DNA of 64,000 bases, taken from Terriglobia bacterium (GTDB lineage: Bacteria; Acidobacteriota; Terriglobia; UBA7540; JAPUME01). The stretch lies in assembly GCA_965222885.1 (NCBI GenBank), contig OZ244973.1, forward strand, positions 3,141,664-3,205,663, in the 5' to 3' direction. The position numbers were made by a program, and so were the translations under genes. Of the stretch, positions 10,971 through 20,244 are shown in pieces; positions within the stretch are counted from its first letter, which is position 1, and every line of letters begins with the position of its first letter. The notes below the pieces were generated by a model. The model saw only the letters and a program-made list of their open reading frames with translations. It did not search any database and was not told where the DNA came from.

Positions 10971-13387
10971 CTCAATTGATAAGTCGCCGAGAGCATGATT
11001 TCGCGGTGCAGGGCTTTCAGGGACCCGTTGTTTTCGATCAGCCGATTGGCCAGGTATTCGAGCAGTTGGGGATGGCTTGGCCGATCACCCCGTAGGCCGA
11101 AATTGCTCGGAGTCCGCACAAGCCCGCTACCGAAATGGTGCCGCCAGACCCGGTTCACCATCACGCGAATCGCTAACGGATGACGCGCGATGGCTTCGGC
11201 AAGTTCCAGGCGGCCGCTCCCCTCGCGGTACAAAGCGGGCTCGCCTTCGCTCAAAACCTCAAGGAAGCGGCGGGGAACTTCCTCGCCCAAGTTGTACGGA
11301 TTCCCGCGGAGGTGAATCTTCAAGTTGGAGGGATTCCTGGAGTCCGACGCACCGTGCAAGTACGGGTAAGGTGGCGGCGCTGCCTTTTTCAGCGCCTCAA
11401 GCTCCTTGCGCATCGAGTCAAGATGGTCTTTCCACTCCGGAGCCAGAAAGCGCTCCAGCTTCTCCCCGGAATAGTAAAGAATACCACCGGTCTTCCTGTC
11501 GTTGCTTTCTTGATCTTCTCCGTCCATCAAGTCGCGCCAGAACAGGAATTTTTCGCGCGTAATCGCCTTCTTTACAACCCGGCAGCCCGGGCAGTAATCG
11601 GCGTAGGTAGCAAAGCCATTGGGGAGGAACGTCGTCATCCCGACATCTTTCTTCGGCTCGGTCTGGGCCAACAGGAGGCGGTTCTCTTCGTCCGCCGCCT
11701 TCTTCTCCGCAATCACCGCGAGGAGGGTCGCCTGGAACACATCTGCCACGCGCCGAACTTCCTTCAGGTCTCCTCCTTCCCGAAGCAACCGATTCCACTC
11801 GTTCAAGTAGGGGTAATCCTTCTCGGAATTATCGAGGTGCTTGAGCCACCCGTTCCAGGGTCTCCCGGTCCAGCCCCTCGCGTTGAGCCATGACGCGAGG
11901 CGAGACTCCGGGCATCTGGCGGACTTTCCAGGCCGCGACCAGCTAACGCGCCGCCTTCCTGGCCAGGATTTCACTCAGTTGCCGGCTCTGGCTCTTCCGG
12001 AATTCCTGGATGGCCCCCTCAAGTTCCTTGATCTTTTTCTGGTGTTGCCTGTAGGCAGTGACGACTTCATCCGGCACCAGAGAATATTCCCAGTAATTCG
12101 TACTGGCAAAGACTCCCGCCAGCGCGTAATAGTCCTGCATGGAAATCGGATCGTATTTATGGTCGTGGCACCGGGCGCACGCGACGGTGAGGCCCAGGAA
12201 CGCCCGGCCCACCGCGTCGACGCGGTCATCGCGCTCGTCGGCACGCGCTTGTGGCGGTTCGGCAATGTCGTAGTACCACGGACCCAGACCGAGAAAGCCG
12301 AGTCCGCCGAGCGTCTTGTGACGATCACCCTCGACCAAGTCACCCGCGAGCTGCGCCTTGACGAACAGGTCATAGGGGAGGTCTTCATTCAGCGACTGAA
12401 TCACCCAGTCGCGATAGCGCCAAGCGTTCTCATAGGACTCCTGGCTCGTGCCGCGCACATCATCCTCGGCGTAACGGGCCACATCCAGCCAGTAGCGTCC
12501 CCATCGCTCCCCATAGCGCGGCGATTGGAGGAGCTGGTCCACAACCTTCGCGAAAGCATCGCTCGACGGGTCCTGTACAAAGGCCTCGATCGCCGGGGGG
12601 GCGGGAGGAAGTCCGGTCAGGTCGAGATACGCGCGCCGTATCAACGTCCGCTTATCGGCCGGTCTCACCGGCCTCAACCCTTCGGCCTCCAGACGGGCAA
12701 GAACGAAGGTGTCGATCGGTGAGTGAGGCCAGCTCCTGTCATGTACTTCAGGCCGGCCGGGCTTGTATCTCGGCTGGAGCGCCCAATGCGCCCGCTGCTC
12801 TCCGGTAACCACGAATCCGGGGCCCGCAGGCTTCGGTTTTATCGCCTGAGCGCTCTCGGGCCATGGCGCGCCCCTATCGATCCAGAGGGCCAGGTTTCGG
12901 ATCTCCTGTTGCCTCAGCTTCTGGCCACCCATCGGCATTTTCAGACGCGCATGGGTATGCCGCACCGCCTGCATCAGCAGACTACTGGCAGGGTCTCCGG
13001 GGACGATTGCCGCGCCAAGTGCTCCCCCTTTCAGGATAGCCTCCCGCGAATCCAATCGAAGGCCACCGCTGGCAAGATCACCGTGACACGTTAGACATTT
13101 GTCCGCCAGAACCGGTCGGATTTTCTTCTCGAAAAATTCGTCCGGTAGATTGTCTTGGCTCGCTGCCAACCTCAGGGACAAGGCGAGCATCAGGACGGCA
13201 GGCCAGACGTAGAAGCATTTTAGTGGAAAGACTCGAGCCATATTTTATGCGGCTCTCAGGACCGTAGGTAAAATATAAACGCCAGCGTTTGATGAAGTCA
13301 AGGGGCCGTACTTGTTCAGTAGATGAGTGACACTTGGCTGGCCTCTTTAGGAGTAGATAAAGATGGGTGGGCCGGCAGGACTCGAAG

Positions 13388-14530
13388 CTACAAGCCCACG
13401 AAGCGCACGCAGGCTGGAGAGGGGATTTCCAGTTCTTCCCCGGATGGGCTCAGGCGGCCGGTCAACGGGTCGATCCGGAACACGACGACATTATCGGTCT
13501 CTCGATTGGCGGCGAAGAGAAACTTGCCGCTCGGGTCGATTTCGAAATTCCTCGGCTGCTTGCCCTGGGTCGAGACGTGCTCGACGGCAGTAAGATTCCC
13601 GGTCGTATCGTCAATCGAGAAGAGAATGATCGAATTATGCCCGCGATTCGAGCCGTAGAGGAATTTCCCGGACGGATGGACCCGAACCTCAGCGGTCCAG
13701 TTCTCTTCTTCGAACCCTGCGGGCAAAGTCGAAATCGTCTGCAGTGCGCTCAACGCGCCGCGCCGCGTGTCATAACGGAAGGCAGTCACCGTGGACAAAA
13801 GCTCGTTGATCAGGTAGGCGTAGCGTCCCGAAGGATGAAAGGTGAAATGCCTCGGGCCGGAGCCCGGCGCAACCTTCGTGGAGGGAGGATCGTTCCTCTC
13901 GATCGTCGCCTTCGCCGGATCGGCGCGGTAAACGATCACCTTGTCGAGTCCGAGATCCGCGGCCACGAGAAACCGATTATCGAGTGAGAAGTTCACCGAG
14001 TGCGCGTGTGGCCCTTCTTGGCGTCGCGGGTTCACGCTCGATCCCTGATGCTGGATGGAGGACGAGGCTTTGCCCAGTCGGCCACCGGCCTGGACCGGGA
14101 ACGCCGACACGCTCCCGTTGCCGTAGTTGGCCACGGCGAGCATCTTGCCGGTCCGGTCAACGTTGAGGTGGCAGGGGACGCTTCCTTCGGCCGGGACCTT
14201 GTTGAGCAGCGTGAGCCTGCCACTCATCCTGTCGATCCTGAAAGCGCTGACCGCGCCCGCCTCTTCTCCGCCGGTCCCGGAAAGCTCGCTGACGGAGTAC
14301 AGAAAGCGGCCGTTAGGATGGATGGCGAGAAACGAGGGATTCGGCGTTTCGGCAGCGAGGCCGAGTGCGGAGAGTTTACCGCTTGCGGCATTGAACCGAT
14401 AAGCGTAGATCCCCTCGCTTTTGCTTTCGCCGCGCGTGTACGTTCCGAAATAGACCAAGAATTCGTCGGCGGCCTTGGCGGGAACTCCCAAGAACAAAAA
14501 GTAAAGTACAAGAACGGGACAAACATACAT
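13388..14530 (-). CDS. Lactonase-family 7-bladed beta-propeller protein (6-phosphogluconolactonase-like), secreted
   Basis: 'LVYFGTYTRGESKSEGIYAYRFNAASGKL', 'FLAIHPNGRFLYSV', 'GPRHFTFHPSGRYAYLINEL' and 'HPSGKFLYGSNRG' are typical of the YbhE/lactonase family. ATG at 14530 (MYVCPVLVLYFLF... signal peptide) is preferred over the upstream ORF extension to 14752. Confidence 0.8.
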   Translation of the reverse strand: MYVCPVLVLYFLFLGVPAKAADEFLVYFGTYTRGESKSEGIYAYRFNAASGKLSALGLAAETPNPSFLAIHPNGRFLYSVSELSGTGGEEAGAVSAFRIDRMSGRLTLLNKVPAEGSVPCHLNVDRTGKMLAVANYGNGSVSAFPVQAGGRLGKASSSIQHQGSSVNPRRQEGPHAHSVNFSLDNRFLVAADLGLDKVIVYRADPAKATIERNDPPSTKVAPGSGPRHFTFHPSGRYAYLINELLSTVTAFRYDTRRGALSALQTISTLPAGFEEENWTAEVRVHPSGKFLYGSNRGHNSIILFSIDDTTGNLTAVEHVSTQGKQPRNFEIDPSGKFLFAANRETDNVVVFRIDPLTGRLSPSGEELEIPSPACVRFVGL

Positions 14531-14889
14531 GGACCTTACCCAAGCGAAGCGCGGCTTTGATGGCAACTTGCGGCGCCGGGCCTGCAACGGAACTCTCTGA
14601 GAATACGCGTCTCGATTTCTTTGGGCGTCGCTGGTAGCCTTTTGGCCTCTCGCGTTTTGAACTGCGGTCCCTCGAGCGCCTCTCCGATCATCCGCATCAG
14701 ATCGAAAACGAGGGCACGATTGCAGCTTCCGACTCGCAGCAGAGTAAGACATGTTGTTCCCTACGATTTCCCATTTGGGTTGTGTGTCGCCATCAGTTTA
14801 CCTGCACGGCCCGCGGAAAACAATGATTTCGCGCCCTGATAGCGGGGCTGGACCCGTTCGCGCCTCGCCAGTACGTAGCCTTTGGGGAA

Positions 14890-14965
14890 TGGTGGGCCCG
14901 GTAGGACTCGAACCTACAACCGACGGATTATGAGTCCGCTGCTCTAACCATTGAGCTACGGGCCC
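14890..14965 (-). tRNA. tRNA-Met (anticodon CAT), CCA encoded
   Basis: Minus-strand sequence GGGCCCGTAGCTCAATGGTTAGAGCAGCGGACTCATAATCCGTCGGTTGTAGGTTCGAGTCCTACCGGGCCCACCA folds as a cloverleaf: 7-bp acceptor stem, GCGGA/TCCGT anticodon stem, CTCATAA loop, GTAGG/CCTAC T-stem with TTCGAGT loop. It could alternatively be a lysidine-modified tRNA-Ile2. Confidence 0.88.
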
Positions 14966-15573
14966 GCAATGACTTACGGAGGGAACCTCAGGAAGTGTAG
15001 CAGGAACTGTAACGGGTAGCCGTCGTTTTGGGGCCTCCGGCAGCCTACCGGCGGCCTTCTCATTCAGGGCTTCCAACCACTGAAAGGCTCTCTCCATAGC
15101 TTCGGGAGTTGGGTGGCCGTATCGCTGTGAGACGGTCACGTTGCTTTGGCCTGAAATCCTAACAATCGTGAAGACATCGGCCCCATCCTCTCCCAACCCC
15201 GTGAGCATTGTATGGCAAAGGGAGGGGAGAACACAATCCTTCGGCAGCCTGATCGTCGTCCTCGCTTTCCAATGCATAGGGTCCACGGATGTCACCCGGA
15301 GGGGCCGACCCTTCTTGCCTGAAAAGACCCATGAGCTGTCTATCCGGGCGGCTCTGGCCGCAAGCATACTTCTCACCCCAACGGTCAGGCAGAGGTTGCA
15401 CTTGGCGTGCTTGACTTACTCTTCCTCACCTGCAAGTAGCCGTATGACGCGCCGTCAACCGGCTCCAGATGAATGTCTCGCCACGACCCGTTGAGGACAG
15501 TTTCTTGTGCCGGCCAGATGGAGCCGCAAAGCATGACGCCCACCGAGCCAGTCAGGCCTCGCCACCGCAGCAA
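14966..15573 (-). pseudogene. Tyrosine recombinase (phage-type integrase) remnant, N-terminally truncated and frameshifted
   Basis: C-terminal catalytic region 'CHTMLTGLGEDGADVFTIVRISGQSNVTVSQRYGHPTPEAMERAF' is in one frame. The arginine expected in the H-x-x-R box is read as Cys ('SLCHT'). The upstream fragment 'WRDIHLEPVDGASYGYLQVRKSK' (15385-15573) is in another frame. No SAM-like N-terminal domain is present. The ORF only appears long because it reads through the tRNA. Confidence 0.65.
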
Positions 15574-15759
15574 GCTCCTCCCTGATTTCCACCTGCGCCC
15601 AGCCGTCCGTTTACACCCGCATTTCCAGTTTGAAATAGCAGAAGAAACCTTCTGCTAACCTCCAACCCAATATCCATTATCCATTTGGAGGCCAATGAGT
15701 ATATACTACGACTAACAGAGGGCCAAAAAAACGAATCCCGGTTCAAGGTGATTGCAAGC

Positions 15760-17169
15760 ATGCGGCCCAGCCTACAAGAGATAAGCCGACGCGAGTTGCT
15801 CCGGACCCTGGGCAGCGGGTTCGGCATGCTGGGACTGGCGCATCTTCTGGGGCATACGGGTCAGGCCGCCGGCCCGCTGGACGTCAAGCCCACGCACTTC
15901 CCACCCAGGGCCAAGCACGTCATCTTTCTTTTCCTCAATGGCGGTCCGTCGCACATTGATACCTTCGACCACAAGCCCATGCTGGCCAAGTACGACGGGA
16001 AGCCCTATCCGGCTGGATACGTCAAAACCGAATACCCGCCCTTGCACACGAAAGGCAGCCTGATGCGGTCTTCGTTTGCGTTCAAAAAGTATGGTCAAAG
16101 CGGCATCGAGGTCAGCGAGGTCTTTCCAAAACTCGCTGCATGTATCGACGACGTCTGCGTCATCAAGTCGATGCATACCGACCTGCCAGGACACGCGGTG
16201 TCGTTGTTCATGATGAATTGCGGCCAGCGGCTGCCGGGACATCCCTCGATGGGTGCCTGGTTGACCTATGGGCTGGGCACTGAAAATCAGAACCTGCCGG
16301 GTTATATCGTCATGTGCCCCGGCATACCCGTGATCGGCCCCCAGCTATGGTCCTCGGCTTACCTGCCCGGAGCCTACCAGGGCGCCCACATCCACAACAA
16401 TGAATCCGATCCCGAAAAGCTGGTGCCCTACGCCCGCAACCCTCAGTTGGCTCCCCACCAGCAGCGCCGCCAGGTTGAGCTTTTGAGCCGGCTGAACCGC
16501 GCCCATCTGGAGCAGCAGGGCCCAGCACCCCAGCTCGAGGCCACGATTCGTTCCATGGAAGTGGCCTACCGCATGCAGGTCGAGGCCATGGATGCCTTCG
16601 ACATCAGCAAGGAGAGCCCAGCAACGCAGGAGAGCTATGGGGAAGGTGATTTTGCCCGCGGTTGCTTGATCGCCCGGCGTCTGGTCGAGCGAGGAGTCCG
16701 CATGGTTCAGGTGTACTTCGGGGACCGGCAGCCCTGGGACACGCACGAGGACATTCTCGAGCTGCGGAAACTGGGGCGGGAATCGGACCAGCCGATTGCG
16801 GCCCTGATTCGGGATTTGAAATCGAGAGGACTCCTGGAGGAGACCCTGGTCCTGATTGGCGGGGAGTTTGGCCGCACTCCAACCGTCGATGTCAACGCCG
16901 TTCTCAAACTGCACGCCGGCCGCGACCATAACATCGACGGGTTTTCGATGGTTTTAGCCGGTGGCGGCATCCAGGGCGGGATGACCTACGGGAACACGGA
17001 CGAATTCGGCTCCAGGGCGGTAGAAAACCCGGTCCACGTCCACGACCTGCACGCCACGATCCTGCACCTGATGGGACTCGACCATACCCGCCTCACCTAC
17101 CGCCACAGCGGCCGCGATTTCCGGTTGACAGACATAGGCGGGAAAGTGGTTCAAGACATCATCGCTTGA
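15760..17169 (+). CDS. DUF1501 family protein, Tat-type signal (no DUF1553 partner adjacent)
   Basis: 'ISRRELLRTLGSGFGMLGLAHLLG', 'FLNGGPSHIDTFDHKP' and 'GRDHNIDGF'. Colinear with 7662-9104 and 54218-55702. ATG at 15760 is preferred over TTG at 15685. Confidence 0.85.
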   Translation: MRPSLQEISRRELLRTLGSGFGMLGLAHLLGHTGQAAGPLDVKPTHFPPRAKHVIFLFLNGGPSHIDTFDHKPMLAKYDGKPYPAGYVKTEYPPLHTKGSLMRSSFAFKKYGQSGIEVSEVFPKLAACIDDVCVIKSMHTDLPGHAVSLFMMNCGQRLPGHPSMGAWLTYGLGTENQNLPGYIVMCPGIPVIGPQLWSSAYLPGAYQGAHIHNNESDPEKLVPYARNPQLAPHQQRRQVELLSRLNRAHLEQQGPAPQLEATIRSMEVAYRMQVEAMDAFDISKESPATQESYGEGDFARGCLIARRLVERGVRMVQVYFGDRQPWDTHEDILELRKLGRESDQPIAALIRDLKSRGLLEETLVLIGGEFGRTPTVDVNAVLKLHAGRDHNIDGFSMVLAGGGIQGGMTYGNTDEFGSRAVENPVHVHDLHATILHLMGLDHTRLTYRHSGRDFRLTDIGGKVVQDIIA

Positions 17170-17293
17170 GACCCGGCAGAGTAACCCATGTGCAGTTCCG
17201 TGAATCGGGATCTCTTCATCGATACATCCTCCTGTCCTTTCGAGAATCTACCGAATCCCTGACATCAAAATCGGCGAGTTTACAGAGAAGGGC

Positions 17294-17332
17294 TTGACAG
17301 TTCGCCTTTTATTTGCCTAATATGTCTGGCAA
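17294..17332 (+). promoter_or_regulatory. Candidate sigma70-type promoter of lexA with an overlapping palindrome (possible operator)
   Basis: TTGACA (17294-17299), 18-nt spacer, TAATAT (17318-17323). The inverted repeat TTGCC-N10-GGCAA (17313-17332) spans the -10 element. No experimentally defined LexA box for this lineage was available to compare against. Confidence 0.3.
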
Positions 17333-17353
17333 TGCAACAGTGAGGTGAACATC

Positions 17354-18028
17354 ATGGCGCTGACACGTCGGCAAAAACAGGTGCTGGATTTCCTGACCAA
17401 TTTCATAAACAAGAAAGGGTACTCTCCGAGTTTTGAGGAGATTGGAGAAGGCTTAGGGCTAACGTCCTTGGCCACCGTTCACAAACATCTGGACACCTTA
17501 GAAAGAAAGGGATTTATACGCCGAGGTTACCATCAGAGCCGTTCTATCGACGTGGTAGCGGTACCGGGACGGACGCCTTTCCGTAAGACGGCAGTACGAG
17601 TAAGAGCTGCTAGACAGGTCTCGGCGGCCTCTGAGATGACCTCCACCCATCGAACCGAATTTCCTTTGCTGGGCCTGATCGCCGCGGGGCAACCCGTAGA
17701 GGCCATCCCCGACCCGGAGACCGTCTCCTTAACCGATTTTGTGGGTTCGAAGGAAGTCTATGTGCTTCGGGTAAGGGGTGATTCCATGGTGGAGGATCAT
17801 ATTGTGGACGGAGATTTCGTGCTCGTGGAAGGTAAGGAAAGTGCAGAAAATGGAGAGATCGTGGTGGCTTTGACAGGAGGCACCGACGCGACGCTGAAGC
17901 GATTCTTCCGTGAAGGTAGAGGACGGATTCGGCTTCAGCCGGCCAATGCCCAGATGGAACCACTGATCTTGCCCGAAAGGGATGTACGAATTCAGGGCCG
18001 CGTTATTGGAATCCTCAGGAAGTATTAG
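17354..18028 (+). CDS. lexA: LexA repressor (S24 peptidase)
   Basis: wHTH 'SPSFEEIGEGLGLTSLATVHKHLDTLERKGFIRR', Ala-Gly cleavage site in 'LIAAGQPVEAI', catalytic Ser in 'VRGDSM', Lys in 'ATLKRF'. GAGG RBS lies 8 nt upstream of the ATG at 17354. The linker between the domains is about 25 aa longer than in E. coli LexA. Confidence 0.9.
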   Translation: MALTRRQKQVLDFLTNFINKKGYSPSFEEIGEGLGLTSLATVHKHLDTLERKGFIRRGYHQSRSIDVVAVPGRTPFRKTAVRVRAARQVSAASEMTSTHRTEFPLLGLIAAGQPVEAIPDPETVSLTDFVGSKEVYVLRVRGDSMVEDHIVDGDFVLVEGKESAENGEIVVALTGGTDATLKRFFREGRGRIRLQPANAQMEPLILPERDVRIQGRVIGILRKY

Positions 18029-18244
18029 TCCCCCAAGGTCTTTCCCGCGATGGTCCTCAGGTTGGTTACAGCAGTCGGGTTGAGTGTCTTGTGCGGGGTC
18101 GTCCCATGCCTTCGGGCAGAGCGGATCTGACCTACCTCGCGGGGTGACACGTGTGCCGCTTGGTTGCCTTTTCGTGTAAACTAGACGACAGATGGGCGAG
18201 ATGCTCTCCGGAGAGCATCTCGGAAACTCAACAGGGGCTGAGGT

Positions 18245-19414
18245 ATGAGCAAGATACAAGTACTGGTTGGCACACGCAAGGGCGCGTTCGTCCTGACATC
18301 GGACGGCAAGCGAGAACGGTGGGACGTCAATGGCCCCCACTTTGGGGGCTGGGAGATCTTCCATGTCAAGGGATCTCCCGCCGACCCGAACAGGCTGTAT
18401 GCGTCGCAGTCCGGCGACTGGTTCGGACAGATTATTCAGCGCTCCGATGACGGCGGCAAAACATGGCACCAACCCGGGACACCACCCGGTGAACCGACCA
18501 CCACGCCAGACGGCATGCCCAAGGGGGAGAGCAACAAGTTTGTTTACGAGGGCGTCCCTGGCACTCATCAGTGGTACGACGGGACGCTGCACCCCTGGGA
18601 GTTCAAGCGAGTCTGGCATCTTGAACCGTCGCTTACCGATCCGGACACTGTTTACGCCGGGGTTGAAGACGCTGCCTTGTTCCGCTCGACCGACGGCGGC
18701 CAGACGTGGCAGGAGCTCGCCGGACTGCGCAACCATGACTCAGGGCCCCGCTGGCAGCCGGGCGCCGGTGGGCTGTGCCTGCACACGATCCTTCTTGATC
18801 CGAGCGGTCCCGGACGAATCTTCATCGCCATCTCGGCGGCGGGAGCATTCCGGACCGACAACGCCGGCAAGACGTGGCAACCGATCAATCGTGGACTGAG
18901 GTCGGAATACAACCCCGACCCGAGTGCCGAGGTCGGCCATTGCGTTCACCGCATCGCGATGCACCCGTCGCGTCCTAACGTGCTGTTCATGCAGAAACAC
19001 TGGGACGTCATGCGCAGCGATGACGCCGGCGAGTCGTGGCGGGAGGTCAGCGGCAACCTGCCGACCGACTTCGGGTTCCCGATCCAGGTTCATGCGCACG
19101 AGCCGGACACGATCTACGTCGTCCCGATCAAGAGCGACTCCGAGCACTATCCGCCTGAGGGAAAGCTGCGCGTGTACCGCAGCCGGACGGGAGGAAACGA
19201 GTGGGAGGCGCTCACGAAGGGGCTGCCGCAAACCAACTGCTACGTCAACGTGTTGCGCGACTCGATGGCCGTTGACTCGCTCGATCCATGCGGCGTGTAT
19301 TTCGGTACTACCTGCGGTCAGGTGTATGCGTCGGCCGACGCCGGAGACAACTGGGCTCCCATCGTCCGGGATCTCCCGCCCGTGTTGTCTGTTGAAGCCC
19401 AGATGCTGCCATGA
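18245..19414 (+). CDS. BNR/Asp-box repeat beta-propeller protein (sialidase-like fold, function unknown)
   Basis: Six Asp-box-like motifs (S/T-x-D-x-G-x-x-W): 'RSDDGGKTW', 'RSTDGGQTW', 'RTDNAGKTW', 'RSDDAGESW', 'RSRTGGNEW' and 'SADAGDNW'. No signal peptide. GAGG RBS before the ATG. Confidence 0.75.
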   Translation: MSKIQVLVGTRKGAFVLTSDGKRERWDVNGPHFGGWEIFHVKGSPADPNRLYASQSGDWFGQIIQRSDDGGKTWHQPGTPPGEPTTTPDGMPKGESNKFVYEGVPGTHQWYDGTLHPWEFKRVWHLEPSLTDPDTVYAGVEDAALFRSTDGGQTWQELAGLRNHDSGPRWQPGAGGLCLHTILLDPSGPGRIFIAISAAGAFRTDNAGKTWQPINRGLRSEYNPDPSAEVGHCVHRIAMHPSRPNVLFMQKHWDVMRSDDAGESWREVSGNLPTDFGFPIQVHAHEPDTIYVVPIKSDSEHYPPEGKLRVYRSRTGGNEWEALTKGLPQTNCYVNVLRDSMAVDSLDPCGVYFGTTCGQVYASADAGDNWAPIVRDLPPVLSVEAQMLP

Positions 19415-19707
19415 TCCACGTCGTGCTCCCGGCACATCTGCGGACGCTGGCGCGTGTGGACGGCGACATGGAACTTCAGGTGGAGGGTCCGGTTACGCAG
19501 CGCTCGGTCCTCGACGCGCTCGAGACCCGCCATCCGATGCTGTGCGGGACGATCCGCAACCACGTCACGCAAAAGAGACGACCCTTCTTGCGGTTCTTCG
19601 CCTGCCAGGAGGATCTGTCCCATGAGTCGCCGGATGCCCCGCTGCCCGAAGCAGTCGCGTCGGGGGCGGAACCCTTTTTCGTTGTAGGGGCCATTGCCGG
19701 CGGCTAA
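19411..19707 (+). CDS. MoaD/ThiS-like ubiquitin-fold protein ending in Gly-Gly
   Basis: 98 aa, C-terminus '...[10 protein letters not shown]'. The start ATG overlaps the stop of the upstream gene (ATGA at 19411-19414). Size and terminal GG fit beta-grasp sulfur-carrier/ubiquitin-like proteins. Confidence 0.6.
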   Translation: MIHVVLPAHLRTLARVDGDMELQVEGPVTQRSVLDALETRHPMLCGTIRNHVTQKRRPFLRFFACQEDLSHESPDAPLPEAVASGAEPFFVVGAIAGG

Positions 19708-19928
19708 CCTTGGAATCCCGGGATTGCCCATCCGCGCACTTTCCGTAAATCCGCAAGGCGCATAGGTACATTTACCAACCTGCGATAGAGGTTCATTCCT
19801 GCAAAGATTAGATCATTGGGTCTGCGCGTCAAGATGAAACGGGCATACGAGGGATCTGCTTGTGAACCGGGATCAACGCTACTCCGCGCACATTCATAGG
19901 GGTCGGGGGGTACTATAGGTATGAAAAA

Positions 19929-20017
19929 TGGTGCCCGGGGCCGGGGTCGAACCGGCACGGGCCTTCCGGCCCAAGGGATTTTAAGTCCCTTGCGTCTGCC
20001 AATTCCGCCACCCGGGC
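19929..20017 (-). tRNA. tRNA-Leu (anticodon TAA), type II long variable arm, CCA encoded
   Basis: Minus-strand sequence GCCCGGGTGGCGGAATTGGCAGACGCAAGGGACTTAAAATCCCTTGGGCCGGAAGGCCCGTGCCGGTTCGACCCCGGCCCCGGGCACCA. It has acceptor stem GCCCGGG/CCCGGGC, anticodon stem AGGGA/TCCCT with loop CTTAAAA, and T-stem GCCGG/CCGGC. Confidence 0.9.
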
Positions 20018-20244
20018 GCGTAGAAAAAGGACATGGACTTGCGTTTGCGGCGACCAACTCTTCCAGTTTAGCAGAATCCGTACCAGGTCGTCGGTGTTTT
20101 AGCTCTCGCCGTTTCGCGGGAAGCCGGCTACCACCCGGTCAACCGAGAATTCCAAGGCACCGGACCGCAACGACTTCTCGAAATGATCCGGATTGCAGTG
20201 GGCTGCGCTCATCGGATTTCCTATCTCCTTCCATTCCGGCCGGC

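Larger units (their letters stand above)
9116..13241 (-). pseudogene. PSCyt1/DUF1549/DUF1553 (planctomycete-cytochrome-c-type) protein gene with three lesions: IS insertion, TAG nonsense, 1-nt frameshift
   Basis: N-terminal 'CLTCHGD' (CxxCH) and 'CARCHDHKYDPI' match the intact paralog at 51653-54199. Lesions: in-frame TAG at 11943-11945; frame switch near 11846-11853 (..GLDRETLER / WLKHLDNSEKDY..); IS481-family element at 9680-10970. Removing the IS and one copy of the duplication restores '..SATYQLSSEFIRENFEKDPKNRLLWRANRRRLDIEAVRDS..', colinear with the paralog's '..SAVYRQSSHEN..YLWRMNRLRLDAESVRDS..'. Confidence 0.85.

Noticed and set aside
11943-11945. In-frame TAG in the DUF1553 gene as possible recoding (pyrrolysine or read-through).
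   Set aside because: No pyl genes or PYLIS-like context are present. The same gene also carries a frameshift and an IS insertion, so ordinary decay is the simpler explanation.
13388-14752. N-terminal extensions offered by the ORF table for several genes (13388-14752, 23549-24511, 37165-39327, 41407-43260, 15685-17169).
   Set aside because: The extensions are Arg/Ser-rich, precede obvious signal peptides or conserved N-termini, and would overlap neighbouring genes. Internal ATGs with an RBS or ATGA coupling give family-typical N-termini.
14798-15376. 192-aa ORF that seems to give the integrase a long C-terminus (..VAQWLEQRTHNPSVVGSSPTGPT..).
   Set aside because: The last roughly 60 codons are simply the translation of the tRNA-Met gene (14890-14965) and its flank. 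Only the part upstream of the tRNA is integrase-derived.
19714-19725. 12-bp palindrome AATCCCGGGATT just after the MoaD-like gene, as a possible terminator or binding site.
   Set aside because: It has no loop and no T-tract. About 16 perfect 12-bp palindromes are expected by chance in 64 kb.
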